From assembly GCA_964561155.1 (NCBI GenBank), contig CAZLOI010000001.1:366759-430758 (forward strand): DNA of 64,000 bases, in the 5' to 3' direction. A program made the position numbers and the translations under genes. This document shows, in pieces, positions 41,108-50,063 of this stretch. The first letter of the stretch is position 1. Every line of letters starts with the position of its first letter. Origin of the DNA: an uncultured Candidatus Saccharibacteria bacterium. GTDB taxonomy: Bacteria; Patescibacteriota; Dojkabacteria; J137. The notes under the pieces are model-generated. The model searched no databases. It saw only the letters and a list, made by a program, of their open reading frames with translations, and was not told the origin of the DNA.

Positions 41108-41655
41108 GCCTCCTTCTCTATTGCATCCATACACAACCTGATTAGTACCTCCATATTTAATTTTGCTCTAGGTGTTGTTGAAAGCAGCTTTATGAACAGA
41201 GATGCAAGTTTCTTTGTAGCTTCAGGATTATCTAGCCTTGGGAGCTTTGTTCCTTGGAATAGTATCGCAAGAATCCTATCTAATGCTTTCTCAACATTCC
41301 CAATAGCAATATAGCTTTCAGCAGAAAATAGATCAGCAAGATACGCATCTTCAAAACACTTCATTATCTGTGAATTAGCTAAAAGCTTTTTAACCTTTTC
41401 TAAATCCTTAGGGGATTTCAAATTAAAGTGAGCAAGAAATATTTTTAAATTTGCAGCTCTGAAAGCAACTAGCTTTGGATTATTAAAGCTAGGCTTGGCA
41501 GGAGCTTCTTTGGCAAGGTAGTGTTTCTTCTGAAAGGGTTTCTTTGTAACATGAGAATTCAGAGCATCTTTTGTATCTGCAATCCTATCGTCCCAATCTT
41601 TATTATTTAAATCAGGCTGCGAATTTTTAACTTCAAACTCTCCCACGTCAAACAT
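41104..41655 (-). CDS. hypothetical protein (start trimmed to Met at 41655)
   Basis: The track ORF 41104-41820 overlaps the divergent GSDH-like gene start. Trimming to the internal ATG at 41655 gives 184 aa. Lys-rich. No motif recognised. Confidence 0.4.
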   Translation of the reverse strand: MFDVGEFEVKNSQPDLNNKDWDDRIADTKDALNSHVTKKPFQKKHYLAKEAPAKPSFNNPKLVAFRAANLKIFLAHFNLKSPKDLEKVKKLLANSQIMKCFEDAYLADLFSAESYIAIGNVEKALDRILAILFQGTKLPRLDNPEATKKLASLFIKLLSTTPRAKLNMEVLIRLCMDAIEKEA

Positions 41656-41674
41656 ATCTGGTACAATATAATAT

Positions 41675-42895
41675 ATGAATAAGAATCTAATAATATTCAT
41701 ACTTACTATAATAATAACATTCGTTCTTGTCACCCTATTCGTTCTCCTTTCAAGGCCAGTTCCAGAGGGTAGCTTAACGTCCTCAGATACCCAAGATTCA
41801 ATAGTTGAAGATAGTGACACGGAGGTTACCGAACCTTTTGTTTTGGCTACAGATATCGTTGTACCTGAACTTGAAATAACTAGTATAGTATCAGGACTTG
41901 ATCATGCTTGGGATATCGGCTTTCTACCCACTGGAGAAATTGTATTTACTGAAAGGAGTAATAAGCTAAATGTCTTTAGAGATGGAGCTATAGTTAAGAC
42001 ATTTAATTTTACCGATGCATTTGTTCAAGGTGAAGGAGGAGTACTGGGACTTGCTGTTGATTCTGAGTTTGAATTAAACAGCTATCTATATGTATGTTTG
42101 AATTCAAGGCTAGGGAACAATCCAGAAGTTAGGGTAGCAAGATTGAAACTAGATTCAACAAATACTGAAATATTAGAAAGAACAGATATCGTTACTGGAA
42201 TCCCTTCGAATGATTCGGGTAGACACTCAGGTTGTCAGTTAGAGTTTGATACCTTTGGAGATCTTTGGATTGGTACTGGAGATATAGCTGAGGGTACGAA
42301 TCCACAGGATCCAGGAAGCTTGGCAGGAAAGATTTTAAGGGTAGATAGAGATGGTAACGGTGTTGCAGGTAACCTAGATGGTCCATTCGATTCAAGAATA
42401 TTTTCATATGGTCACAGAAATGTTCAAGGTCTAGCATTCTTTCCTAAAGAACTTGGATTTGTAGCGCTTGGTATAAGTGTTGAGCAAGGACCAGGATCTG
42501 ATGATGAAGTTAATATGCTTTCTCCTGGTAACTATGGTTGGAATCCAGTTCCTGGATACAATGAAGGTGTTCCAATGACAGACAAGGAATCTTTCCCAGA
42601 TGCACACGAAGCTATATTCTCAACTCCTGGTAGAACATTCGCTCTTTCTGGAGGTACTATTATATTCGGAGAACAATGGGGAAGTCTACAAGGTGTAATT
42701 GTTGCAACGGCCTTAAAAGATGAGAAGTTAACCTTGATTCGAACAGACAAGAATGGGAAATTTCTAACTACAACAAATATTCTTGAAGGAGCATATGGGA
42801 GAATACGTACTGCTCAAACAGCTCCAGATGGATCTATATATTTCCTAACAGACAATGGAGGAAATGATTCTATATATAGGATGGTTCCAAAATAA
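41675..42895 (+). CDS. membrane-anchored PQQ-type glucose/sorbosone dehydrogenase-like beta-propeller protein
   Basis: N-terminal TM anchor. VSGLDHAWDIGFLPTGEIVFTERSNKL and GGVLGLAV match the GSDH family (GLDHPWGLAFLPDG.LLVTER.G). Six-bladed propeller repeats. Confidence 0.6.
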   Translation: MNKNLIIFILTIIITFVLVTLFVLLSRPVPEGSLTSSDTQDSIVEDSDTEVTEPFVLATDIVVPELEITSIVSGLDHAWDIGFLPTGEIVFTERSNKLNVFRDGAIVKTFNFTDAFVQGEGGVLGLAVDSEFELNSYLYVCLNSRLGNNPEVRVARLKLDSTNTEILERTDIVTGIPSNDSGRHSGCQLEFDTFGDLWIGTGDIAEGTNPQDPGSLAGKILRVDRDGNGVAGNLDGPFDSRIFSYGHRNVQGLAFFPKELGFVALGISVEQGPGSDDEVNMLSPGNYGWNPVPGYNEGVPMTDKESFPDAHEAIFSTPGRTFALSGGTIIFGEQWGSLQGVIVATALKDEKLTLIRTDKNGKFLTTTNILEGAYGRIRTAQTAPDGSIYFLTDNGGNDSIYRMVPK

Positions 42896-42992
42896 CTTCC
42901 CCACTACTCGACTGACAGGCTTTGAGATAGTATAATTCAACCGTAGCTTTTTACTTCTTGGTAACCCACCTTTAGGTTAAAAGCTACATAAT

Positions 42993-43077
42993 GGAGAGTT
43001 GACAGAGTGGTCTAACGTGCTCGTCTTGAAAACGAGAGTCCCGCAAGGGACCAGGGGTTCGAATCCCTTACTCTCCG
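42993..43077 (+). tRNA. tRNA-Ser (anticodon TGA)
   Basis: Acceptor GGAGAGT/ACTCTCC(+G). Anticodon stem CTCGT/ACGAG with loop CTTGAAA. Long variable arm AGTCCCGCAAGGGACC. T-arm GGGGTTCGAATCCCT. 85 nt. Confidence 0.85.
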
Positions 43078-43083
43078 AAGTAT

Positions 43084-44106
43084 TCATACTCCCTTCTCTT
43101 TAGATATCTCTTGTTCTAATTTTTGTAAAAAAACAATTTGATTGTAAATCATTGCTTTTCTGCTTTTTATAGCCCCTATTCTACCACTATACTCCTTTAT
43201 AATAGCTGCATTGTCAGGATTTGAAATATCCAAAGTCTGAAGAAATTTATCATAATACTCTACTGATTCATCTTCGTGTTTCTCGTAACTGTTAGCAGTT
43301 ACAATTCTCTCGATTAATACCTTCAAGATTTCACTTTTAACTAACCTTTTTTGCTGTAGAAGCAAATCAATTACTTTAGCTACATAGGCTGGACTCGAAT
43401 ATTTATTTGCTCCGGAAAATTCAATAATTCCAAGTAGAAGATCCAATTCTCGATTTTTTGTAAAGTCTACGTTTTTTAGTAATGTAGCAGGGGATGAATC
43501 TCTGATATGGTAAGTATGGTATGGATCAATAGCTATGGCTTTAACCCCATCTGCAGTATCCCAAATCAATGCTATATATGAATGAGTCTGAGCATCGTAT
43601 TTCCCATTATCTTGTGTAAAGGCAGCTCTAATCATCAACATCTTAAACTTATCTAAAAGTTCAGGACGCCCTAGTGATTTACATGCAGCTGTGAACAACA
43701 AAATAAAAGCGTTATTAAAATGATTACACTTTGTTCTAGGCGGGTTTTCAAAATCTACAAGCTCAGAAGCTTTATTGGGTGGTGATGGTCTATCATCACT
43801 TTCGTGATATCCAGTTAATCGCCACATTGCCCATATGGACAATTGTAAGATCTCTTGAAATGTTGGACTATCCGACAACTCTACTGGATATATCTCAAGA
43901 ATTTTTTTCAAATCAGATGAAATCTTCCTTTCATCTTCTTCTGACATAGCTACTAGATAGCTCTTTTTCCAATCTAGATTTAAGGTCATTGGTATAGCTT
44001 CCGATTCCTTTAGATTTGCTAATGAAGAGATTTGAGGGAGTAAAATATCGACTGACTCTACAATCGGAATTGAATCAGGATGTATTAGGGAATTGTTTGG
44101 ATTCAT
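43084..44106 (-). CDS. transglutaminase-like cysteine protease superfamily protein
   Basis: TKCNHFNNAFILLFTAACKSLGRP (Cys block, compare GVCRDFA.L.VALCRALGIPAR). HSYIALIWDTADGVKAIAIDP (His...W...DP block, compare HAWAEVY..GWVPFDPT). 340 aa. Confidence 0.5.
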   Translation of the reverse strand: MNPNNSLIHPDSIPIVESVDILLPQISSLANLKESEAIPMTLNLDWKKSYLVAMSEEDERKISSDLKKILEIYPVELSDSPTFQEILQLSIWAMWRLTGYHESDDRPSPPNKASELVDFENPPRTKCNHFNNAFILLFTAACKSLGRPELLDKFKMLMIRAAFTQDNGKYDAQTHSYIALIWDTADGVKAIAIDPYHTYHIRDSSPATLLKNVDFTKNRELDLLLGIIEFSGANKYSSPAYVAKVIDLLLQQKRLVKSEILKVLIERIVTANSYEKHEDESVEYYDKFLQTLDISNPDNAAIIKEYSGRIGAIKSRKAMIYNQIVFLQKLEQEISKEKGV

Positions 44107-44231
44107 ATGCTAATCAATTATCTATTACTATTCTACTACAGAAGTATCTAAGCCTTTCAAATAATTCCCACTACCTATATAATGGTTTGTAATGTACACC
44201 AAGTATTACTTAATAAGGATTACTAAGTTTC

Positions 44232-47228
44232 ATGAAAAAGGTTACTCTTACAAAGAAAAAGGTATCGGCGAGCAGATTTGATTCAATAAAATCTTCTAGA
44301 AGATTCTCCATAAAAAGAATAGGTAAATTTAGATTATCTAAACGAGCAAGAAAAGTTCTCCTAGTATTTTTAGGCGTATTTTTTGTGGCTGGAATAATTG
44401 GAACTATAATGTTTCTTTCATACCTACAGAAACTTGATGAGAAACTACCTACTCCTGACTCAGTATTTGAAGAACTACCTGTTGCCAGTGAGATATTTGA
44501 TAGGGTAGGTTTAGAAGGAGGTACTGGAACAAGACTCTGGAGAATGTTTAATGAATCTAACTCAGATGACTTCGATATTGCAGAGGTTCCCGATTCAGTT
44601 AAACTAGCATTCTTGGCTGGAGAAGATGAAGACTTCTATTTACACAGTGGATTTGATTTAAAGGGAATTATATTCTGCGGATTTGAATACATTAGAAAAT
44701 CTGGAGTTTCTTGCGGAGGAAGTACTATTACCCAACAGCTAGCAAAGCTTAGAGGGGTTGGTAACCAAGTTAACTTAGAAAGAAAGATTGAAGAGCTACT
44801 ACTTTCTATAAAGATTGAACAGAAATACACAAAAGATGAAATCCTAAACATGTACTTAAGATCTGCATCATATGGATCATCTATTGTTGGATTAAAGACA
44901 GCTGCAATCTTCTATTATGGAAAGGAACCTAAGGATTTAACTCTTGCAGAAGCTGTATCTTTAGCTTCTATTGTTAACAATCCAAACTATACATCCCCTA
45001 CTGTTCCTATTAGTAACGACATCGAAGATGCTAGAACTAGACTAAAGGCTAGAATGTCATTTGTTTTTGATCAATTAGAGCAAAATACTGAAAAGTTTAA
45101 TAACGATTTAGTAGACTATTACGACGATGAATCTAAATCTACAACCCTAACCGCTGAAAGTATTGAAGCTGCTAGGTCTGAAGATTGGGAAGCTAATCTA
45201 AAAACTCCAAGAATTGATATAAAGGCTGGTCACTTTGTTAACTGGGTTGTTGAAATACTTCAACAGAAGGGCTACAACAATGGTGAAGCATTCACATTAC
45301 AGGAACTACAAACAGGAGGATACAAGATCTATACAACTATGGACTATGGTCTACAACAGACTGCTGAGTTCTGGGTAAATAAAGGAGGAAGTGAACATCA
45401 ATGGAGAAATGCATATAACTCTGCGAGTATGACTACAGTACCATCAACAGGCCAGGTTATAACTTGGGTAGGTTCTAAGGATTTCTTTGGTGGTAAGCAG
45501 GAATGCGGGTCTGATGGAACATGTAAGTATGATGGAGAGGTAGACGTTTTAAGAAGTTTACAGGAACCTGGTTCTACAAATAAGCCTCTAGGATACTACG
45601 AAGCATACAAGGAAGCTAAGTTGTTCCCAGGAAGTGTATTGCCAGATATTGCGCTAACCTTTAAAGATCCAAACGGTACTAACTACGAACCTAAGAACTG
45701 GGATAGTAGTTTCTTTGGTATCAACTACTCTGCTAGACAAGCATTGAGGGATTCAAGAAATATCCCTGCAATTCAGGTTATATCGTTAATTGGTGTTGAA
45801 ACATATCTAAACGTAGCGAGAGAATTTGGTTACACTTCGTACACAGCATCATATGGTCCATCGGTAATACTAGGAGGAGGTTCTGTTTATCCATATGAGC
45901 ATGCTCAAGGATATGGTGTTTTTGCTAACGGAGGTGATTTAGTTACACTAAATCCAATATTAAGAATTGAAGACAAGAAGGGTAATGTAATTTATGAAGC
46001 GACTCCTGAAAAGAAAGCAGTTGGAGATCCTCAAGCTATATACCTTCTAAATCAGACGATAATGAACTACGATAACTATTCATGGGATGGTCGAGAGCTT
46101 GCAGGAAAGACTGGTACAACAGAAAACAATATTGATGCTTGGTATATGGGTTACACACCAGAAATGGTAACTGTTTGTTGGTCAGGAAATAATAATAATA
46201 ACCCTATGGCTGGAGACGCCTACCCTATTAATATCGTTCACCCTTGGTGTAAGGAAATGATGAGAGAGATTGGAAGTTCTAAGTACTTTACTTCTAAAAC
46301 TCCATTCGCTAGACCAGGAAACATACTTAATGGTGGTGGAGATTGTAATTCAGATGGTGATTGTTTAGGTTTGAATGCAGACTGGATGATTGCAGATAGA
46401 GTTCCACCAAGAGATATTCAAAGAAAGAATGTTGTTGTTTGTACAGATCAGCCAGACAAGTTGGCAAGGGATATTGATATTCAGTTAGGTTTCTCAAAGA
46501 ACTATCAAGTTGTGTTGTACAAGAGTCCTGTTGAAGATATTCAAAGACAATACAACGACTATCTAAGAGGTAGCGGTAATCTGGATAAGGTTCCTACAGA
46601 GTATTGTACTGCAGATAGAAGTAACGGTACTGTTGGTCCATTCTTTAGTATATCGGCTCCAGCAAATGGCGCTACAGTCTCAGGAAACAGTATTAATATT
46701 AGAGGTGGAGTCTTTGTAAACGGTTCTACAATTTCAAGTGTAGGATTCTATATCGATGGTGATCAAATACCATCTTGTACTACAACTAGTTACAACAACT
46801 TTGATATTACATGCGACATTAGTGGAATGGGTCTTGGGAATGGAACATATCCATTCTTCGCTAGAGCAACAGATGCATTGTCTCGAACAAATGATTCAGG
46901 AAGCGTTAGTATAATTGTAGGATCTACGGTTAATGCAGATATATCTGTAAGTATTGCAGGTAGTATGTCATGTTCTGGAGGCTGTAATAGAGCTATTTCA
47001 GCTAATGTATCTGGAGGTGGTATAAGTGGACCATATAGACTATATATTCTTAAAAACGGTGTAGCAGCAGGAGACCATGCAATGCCTGGAGGTAACTATT
47101 TGTTCACTGTAGCAAACCCAGGAGCAGGTGTAGTGGACAAGTATGTGTTCTATATAACTGCAGAAATTGGTAATTCAGGTACAACTAGATCTCCATCTTC
47201 AGGAGAATTAACTATAAACGGTACATAG
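44232..47228 (+). CDS. class A penicillin-binding protein (bifunctional GT51 transglycosylase / transpeptidase) with long Cys-rich, Ig-like C-terminal extension
   Basis: N-terminal TM. GT51 motifs EDEDFYLHSGFD, GGSTITQQLAK, RKIEE. Transpeptidase motifs STNK (SxxK), SRN, KTGTT. 998 aa. Confidence 0.9.
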   Translation: MKKVTLTKKKVSASRFDSIKSSRRFSIKRIGKFRLSKRARKVLLVFLGVFFVAGIIGTIMFLSYLQKLDEKLPTPDSVFEELPVASEIFDRVGLEGGTGTRLWRMFNESNSDDFDIAEVPDSVKLAFLAGEDEDFYLHSGFDLKGIIFCGFEYIRKSGVSCGGSTITQQLAKLRGVGNQVNLERKIEELLLSIKIEQKYTKDEILNMYLRSASYGSSIVGLKTAAIFYYGKEPKDLTLAEAVSLASIVNNPNYTSPTVPISNDIEDARTRLKARMSFVFDQLEQNTEKFNNDLVDYYDDESKSTTLTAESIEAARSEDWEANLKTPRIDIKAGHFVNWVVEILQQKGYNNGEAFTLQELQTGGYKIYTTMDYGLQQTAEFWVNKGGSEHQWRNAYNSASMTTVPSTGQVITWVGSKDFFGGKQECGSDGTCKYDGEVDVLRSLQEPGSTNKPLGYYEAYKEAKLFPGSVLPDIALTFKDPNGTNYEPKNWDSSFFGINYSARQALRDSRNIPAIQVISLIGVETYLNVAREFGYTSYTASYGPSVILGGGSVYPYEHAQGYGVFANGGDLVTLNPILRIEDKKGNVIYEATPEKKAVGDPQAIYLLNQTIMNYDNYSWDGRELAGKTGTTENNIDAWYMGYTPEMVTVCWSGNNNNNPMAGDAYPINIVHPWCKEMMREIGSSKYFTSKTPFARPGNILNGGGDCNSDGDCLGLNADWMIADRVPPRDIQRKNVVVCTDQPDKLARDIDIQLGFSKNYQVVLYKSPVEDIQRQYNDYLRGSGNLDKVPTEYCTADRSNGTVGPFFSISAPANGATVSGNSINIRGGVFVNGSTISSVGFYIDGDQIPSCTTTSYNNFDITCDISGMGLGNGTYPFFARATDALSRTNDSGSVSIIVGSTVNADISVSIAGSMSCSGGCNRAISANVSGGGISGPYRLYILKNGVAAGDHAMPGGNYLFTVANPGAGVVDKYVFYITAEIGNSGTTRSPSSGELTINGT

Positions 47229-47261
47229 TACCAATACTGAAAAGGTATAGTGTTTAGATAT

Positions 47262-47290
47262 AAAAAATCTCCCTTTTGGGAGATTAATTA
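47262..47290. terminator. bidirectional rho-independent terminator between PBP gene (+) and rplT (-)
   Basis: AAAAAATCTCCCTTTTGGGAGATTAATTATTT: a 7-bp stem (ATCTCCC/GGGAGAT) with a TTTT loop, flanked by an A-run and a T-rich run. Confidence 0.75.
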
Positions 47291-47307
47291 TTTATAGGAT
47301 TGAAGCT

Positions 47308-47652
47308 TTATGCTTTAACCTGCTCTACTAACTTTGTAAAGCTTTCTGGAGAGTTAACAGCCATTTCAGCTATTGTCTTTCTGTCTAAAGCAATCTCATT
47401 CTTCTTTAAAGCAGCGATAAACTTTGAGTAAGATAGATCTGTAGATGTTAATCCTGCAGAGATGATCTTAATCCATTCGTGTCTCATCTGAGCTCTCTTG
47501 TGTCTTCTATGAGCATATTCATATTGACCAGCATGCATAACAGCTTCCTTTGCTCTTCTGTATGACTTTGAATATGTCATTCTGAAGCCTTTAGCAAGCT
47601 TTAGTATTTTCTTATGTCTTTGCTTTTTTGTAATTCCTCTCTTTACTCTCAT
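47308..47652 (-). CDS. rplT: 50S ribosomal protein L20
   Basis: MRVKRGITKKQRHKKILKLAKGFRMTYSKSYRRAKEAV is the L20 signature. Last gene of the thrS-infC-rpmI-rplT cluster. Confidence 0.92.
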   Translation of the reverse strand: MRVKRGITKKQRHKKILKLAKGFRMTYSKSYRRAKEAVMHAGQYEYAHRRHKRAQMRHEWIKIISAGLTSTDLSYSKFIAALKKNEIALDRKTIAEMAVNSPESFTKLVEQVKA

Positions 47653-47653
47653 G

Positions 47654-47863
47654 TTAGATATTTAATAATTGTTTGATTCTTCTTACCTGACCTTTGGCAC
47701 TAATTACATAAGCGTGTGCATTCAATCTCTTCTGACTTCTACTCTTCTTACTCTTCAAGTGAGCATTACCTCTACCCTGTTGATGCGTTCTTTTAATCTT
47801 ACCAGTACCTGTAAGCTTAAATCTCTTTGCTGTTGCCTTATGTGTCTTTATTTTATTTCTCAT
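47654..47863 (-). CDS. rpmI: 50S ribosomal protein L35
   Basis: [25 protein letters not shown] matches L35 (MPKIKT.RGAAKRFKKTGKGG.KHR). 69 aa. Confidence 0.88.
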   Translation of the reverse strand: MRNKIKTHKATAKRFKLTGTGKIKRTHQQGRGNAHLKSKKSRSQKRLNAHAYVISAKGQVRRIKQLLNI

Positions 47864-47864
47864 T

Positions 47865-48395
47865 TTAGTTTGATCTAATTATTAGACTTAAATTTCTTCC
47901 TTCTCTAGTAACATCTGTTGTTAACTTAGAAAAAGTTAAACTCTTTTCTTTAATTTTAGCCATTGTCTCGTACATTAATGCTGGGCTAGTCTTTCCTCTA
48001 GCTTTAAGAGTCAACTTTGCAGTTCCTCCTCCCTTAACAATAAAGTCCTTAACCTTCTCTAATCTAATTTCCATGTCTCTATCTTGAATGTTTGGATAAA
48101 ACCACCATTCCTTTGTTTCAACCTTTGTCTTAGCGTTTTTCTTTAATTTCTTAATCTTTTCGTACTTAGCTTTAGACAATTCTTCAATCTTTGCAACAGG
48201 ATTCTCTGGATTATCTGATACCAAGATCAGGTCCAATTCTCTCTCTCTTGCCATAGCCAAGGCTACTTCTCTCTTTATCTTCCCTAAATTATTACCTTCG
48301 TCATCGATCAGTATAAACTCCGGAAAGCTTATCCTATCATTGTAAATGAAATTAACATTGTACTTAGGGGTACTCTTTTTTCCTCTTCTTACAAT
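47865..48395 (-). CDS. infC: translation initiation factor IF-3, full frame with probable non-AUG (ATT/ATA) start
   Basis: The track ORF (47865-48260) begins at an internal TTG/Met. The same frame is open upstream to a stop at 48410-48408 and encodes ...[61 protein letters not shown]. This matches the IF3 N-domain (NEEIRAREVRLIDEDGEQLGV...ALQLAEEAGLDLVEV). No ATG, GTG or TTG exists in the extension. An ATT at 48395 (or ATA at 48407/48401) gives about 177 aa. Confidence 0.8.
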   Translation of the reverse strand: MVRRGKKSTPKYNVNFIYNDRISFPEFILIDDEGNNLGKIKREVALAMARERELDLILVSDNPENPVAKIEELSKAKYEKIKKLKKNAKTKVETKEWWFYPNIQDRDMEIRLEKVKDFIVKGGGTAKLTLKARGKTSPALMYETMAKIKEKSLTFSKLTTDVTREGRNLSLIIRSN

Positions 48396-48451
48396 CTTTA
48401 TATTTATTTAGTTAACAACGTGTTTGATTTTACCAGAGAAAGAGCCTAATC

Positions 48452-49960
48452 TCAAGCCCCTATTTCGTTATCCAAATTCTCAAGGTATGAGATAAGCTCC
48501 TCGTTACTGACCAAACCAATATCCTCTTCAATCGTTCTTAAAGAAACAGAATTGTTCTGAACTTCCTTGCCTCCTAAAAGCATCGTATATCTCACATTGT
48601 GCTTGTATGACTGATGAATTCTGTGCTTCAAACTCCTTGTATTCTTCAAAACCTTTGTTACAAAACCTTTCTTTGATAGCTCTTCAGCTAGATCGAAGGC
48701 ATATGATTCAAACTTCCTTGCTATTGGAATCAAGAATATATCGTAATATGTTCTTGTAAATACCGGGTTGCTCTCCAAGTGAAACGCTATGTAGTTAATC
48801 AAAGGTAGAGTTAGCAGCATTAGAGATTTATCTCCATTTAGGGATATTCGAATCTCTGCTAGCTTCCATTGTCTGTTTAATTCATCGGCTACATTTATTC
48901 GAAGGATGATGTCTTCTGAATCAGTGATAACTCTGTCATGAGATATGTATCTATTCTGAAGAACTCCAGAGATTGCAGCAAAAAGACTATTGTCTGAATC
49001 TTTGTATTCAATTTCTGCATAAACGTTATTATTTTCAAAGTTTATCTCACTTAGGAACTCCTCAATTAAACTTGTATGTAGGAAAATCTCGGATTCCTTG
49101 CAATATACTGCAGCGAAATATGTGATTTGGTCAGATACAGAGTCTTTAAGTGGCTGAGATGCAAGCACTGTTTTTCCAGAAACCTTTAAAGCTGTTTTTT
49201 CCTTTGGTCTTTGAACCTGAAAGTCGATTCCCTTAAGCGTATTCAAGAACTCTTCTGTATTAGCACTCTTCTCAAAGAAATCTGTATGTAGGTTTGATGT
49301 TATTCCAAGTTTCTTGTTTAGCTCTAATGTTACTTTCTCTAAATACTTTGTACCCAAGATATTAAGTCTTCCATCTTTGTTTGCTAGTCCAACATTCTTT
49401 AAGATACTTAAGAAGCTTCGTTTTCTCTTCTCTTCTTCCATACTTTTGTATGATGCTAGCTCTTCTTGATTGTAGAAAGTCTTGCCCGAGATTCTAATCA
49501 TTGCTGGTCTATTCTCATCTTCATTCCAGTTAGTCTGTGAAACCTTTGTCAGTATTATCGGTCCAAGATCTCCTGTTGAACTTAAATGTGGTCCTCTACA
49601 TACATCTATGAAATCTTCTCCTGTTTTAAAGAAGCTGATTTCATCTTCAGGAACGATATTAATCAATTCCGACTTATATATCTGTCCCTTTTGAAGCATG
49701 TAGTTAAGGGCTGCATTCTTCGCCATGGTAACTTGTTTGAATGGAAGGTTTTCAAGAATAATCTTCTTAATTTCTTGTTCGATTTCTTCAAGATCGATCT
49801 TCTCTGGTGTTAGTTTCTTGTCACCAAGATCAAAATCGTAGTAGAAACCTTCTCTGTTTACAGGTCCGATTCCAATTTTAACTTTTGGATATATTCTCTG
49901 TACTGCTTGGGCAAGTACATGAGCTGCTGAGTGCTTAGCTTCATCTGTAATTGGGGTCAT
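48452..49960 (-). CDS. thrS: threonyl-tRNA synthetase-like protein (editing plus anticodon-binding domains retained; catalytic core apparently degenerate)
   Basis: N2 editing domain with HSAAH...GIGPVNREGFYYDFD and CRGPH zinc/editing motifs. C-terminus matches the ThrRS anticodon-binding domain (FDLAEELSKKGFVTKV...RYTMLLGGKEVQNNSVSLRT). The central region is collinear with the ThrRS class II core but lacks the PMNCPGH, FRNE, QDDAH and HRA motifs. 502 aa with no TGS domain. Conserved thrS-infC-rpmI-rplT gene order. Confidence 0.7.
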   Translation of the reverse strand: MTPITDEAKHSAAHVLAQAVQRIYPKVKIGIGPVNREGFYYDFDLGDKKLTPEKIDLEEIEQEIKKIILENLPFKQVTMAKNAALNYMLQKGQIYKSELINIVPEDEISFFKTGEDFIDVCRGPHLSSTGDLGPIILTKVSQTNWNEDENRPAMIRISGKTFYNQEELASYKSMEEEKRKRSFLSILKNVGLANKDGRLNILGTKYLEKVTLELNKKLGITSNLHTDFFEKSANTEEFLNTLKGIDFQVQRPKEKTALKVSGKTVLASQPLKDSVSDQITYFAAVYCKESEIFLHTSLIEEFLSEINFENNNVYAEIEYKDSDNSLFAAISGVLQNRYISHDRVITDSEDIILRINVADELNRQWKLAEIRISLNGDKSLMLLTLPLINYIAFHLESNPVFTRTYYDIFLIPIARKFESYAFDLAEELSKKGFVTKVLKNTRSLKHRIHQSYKHNVRYTMLLGGKEVQNNSVSLRTIEEDIGLVSNEELISYLENLDNEIGA

Positions 49961-49988
49961 AATTCAAATCTTTGTGATATATATTTAA

Positions 49989-50061
49989 TGGGTAACACAG
50001 GGCTCGAACCTGTAACCTTTTCTACGTCAAAGAAATGCTCTACCAGTTGAGCTAGCTACCC
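49989..50061 (-). tRNA. tRNA-Val (anticodon GAC)
   Basis: Reverse complement folds as a cloverleaf. Acceptor GGGTAGC/GTTACCC(+A). D-stem GCTC/GAGC. Anticodon stem TTTCT/AGAAA with loop TTGACGT. T-arm ACAGGTTCGAGCCCTGT. 73 nt. Confidence 0.85.
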
Positions 50062-50063
50062 GT

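Noticed and set aside
41656-41820. Upstream 55-codon extension of the 41104 minus-strand ORF
   Set aside because: The extension overlaps the start and TM anchor of the GSDH-like gene on the opposite strand. An internal ATG at 41655 gives a non-overlapping gene with a 19-bp spacer.
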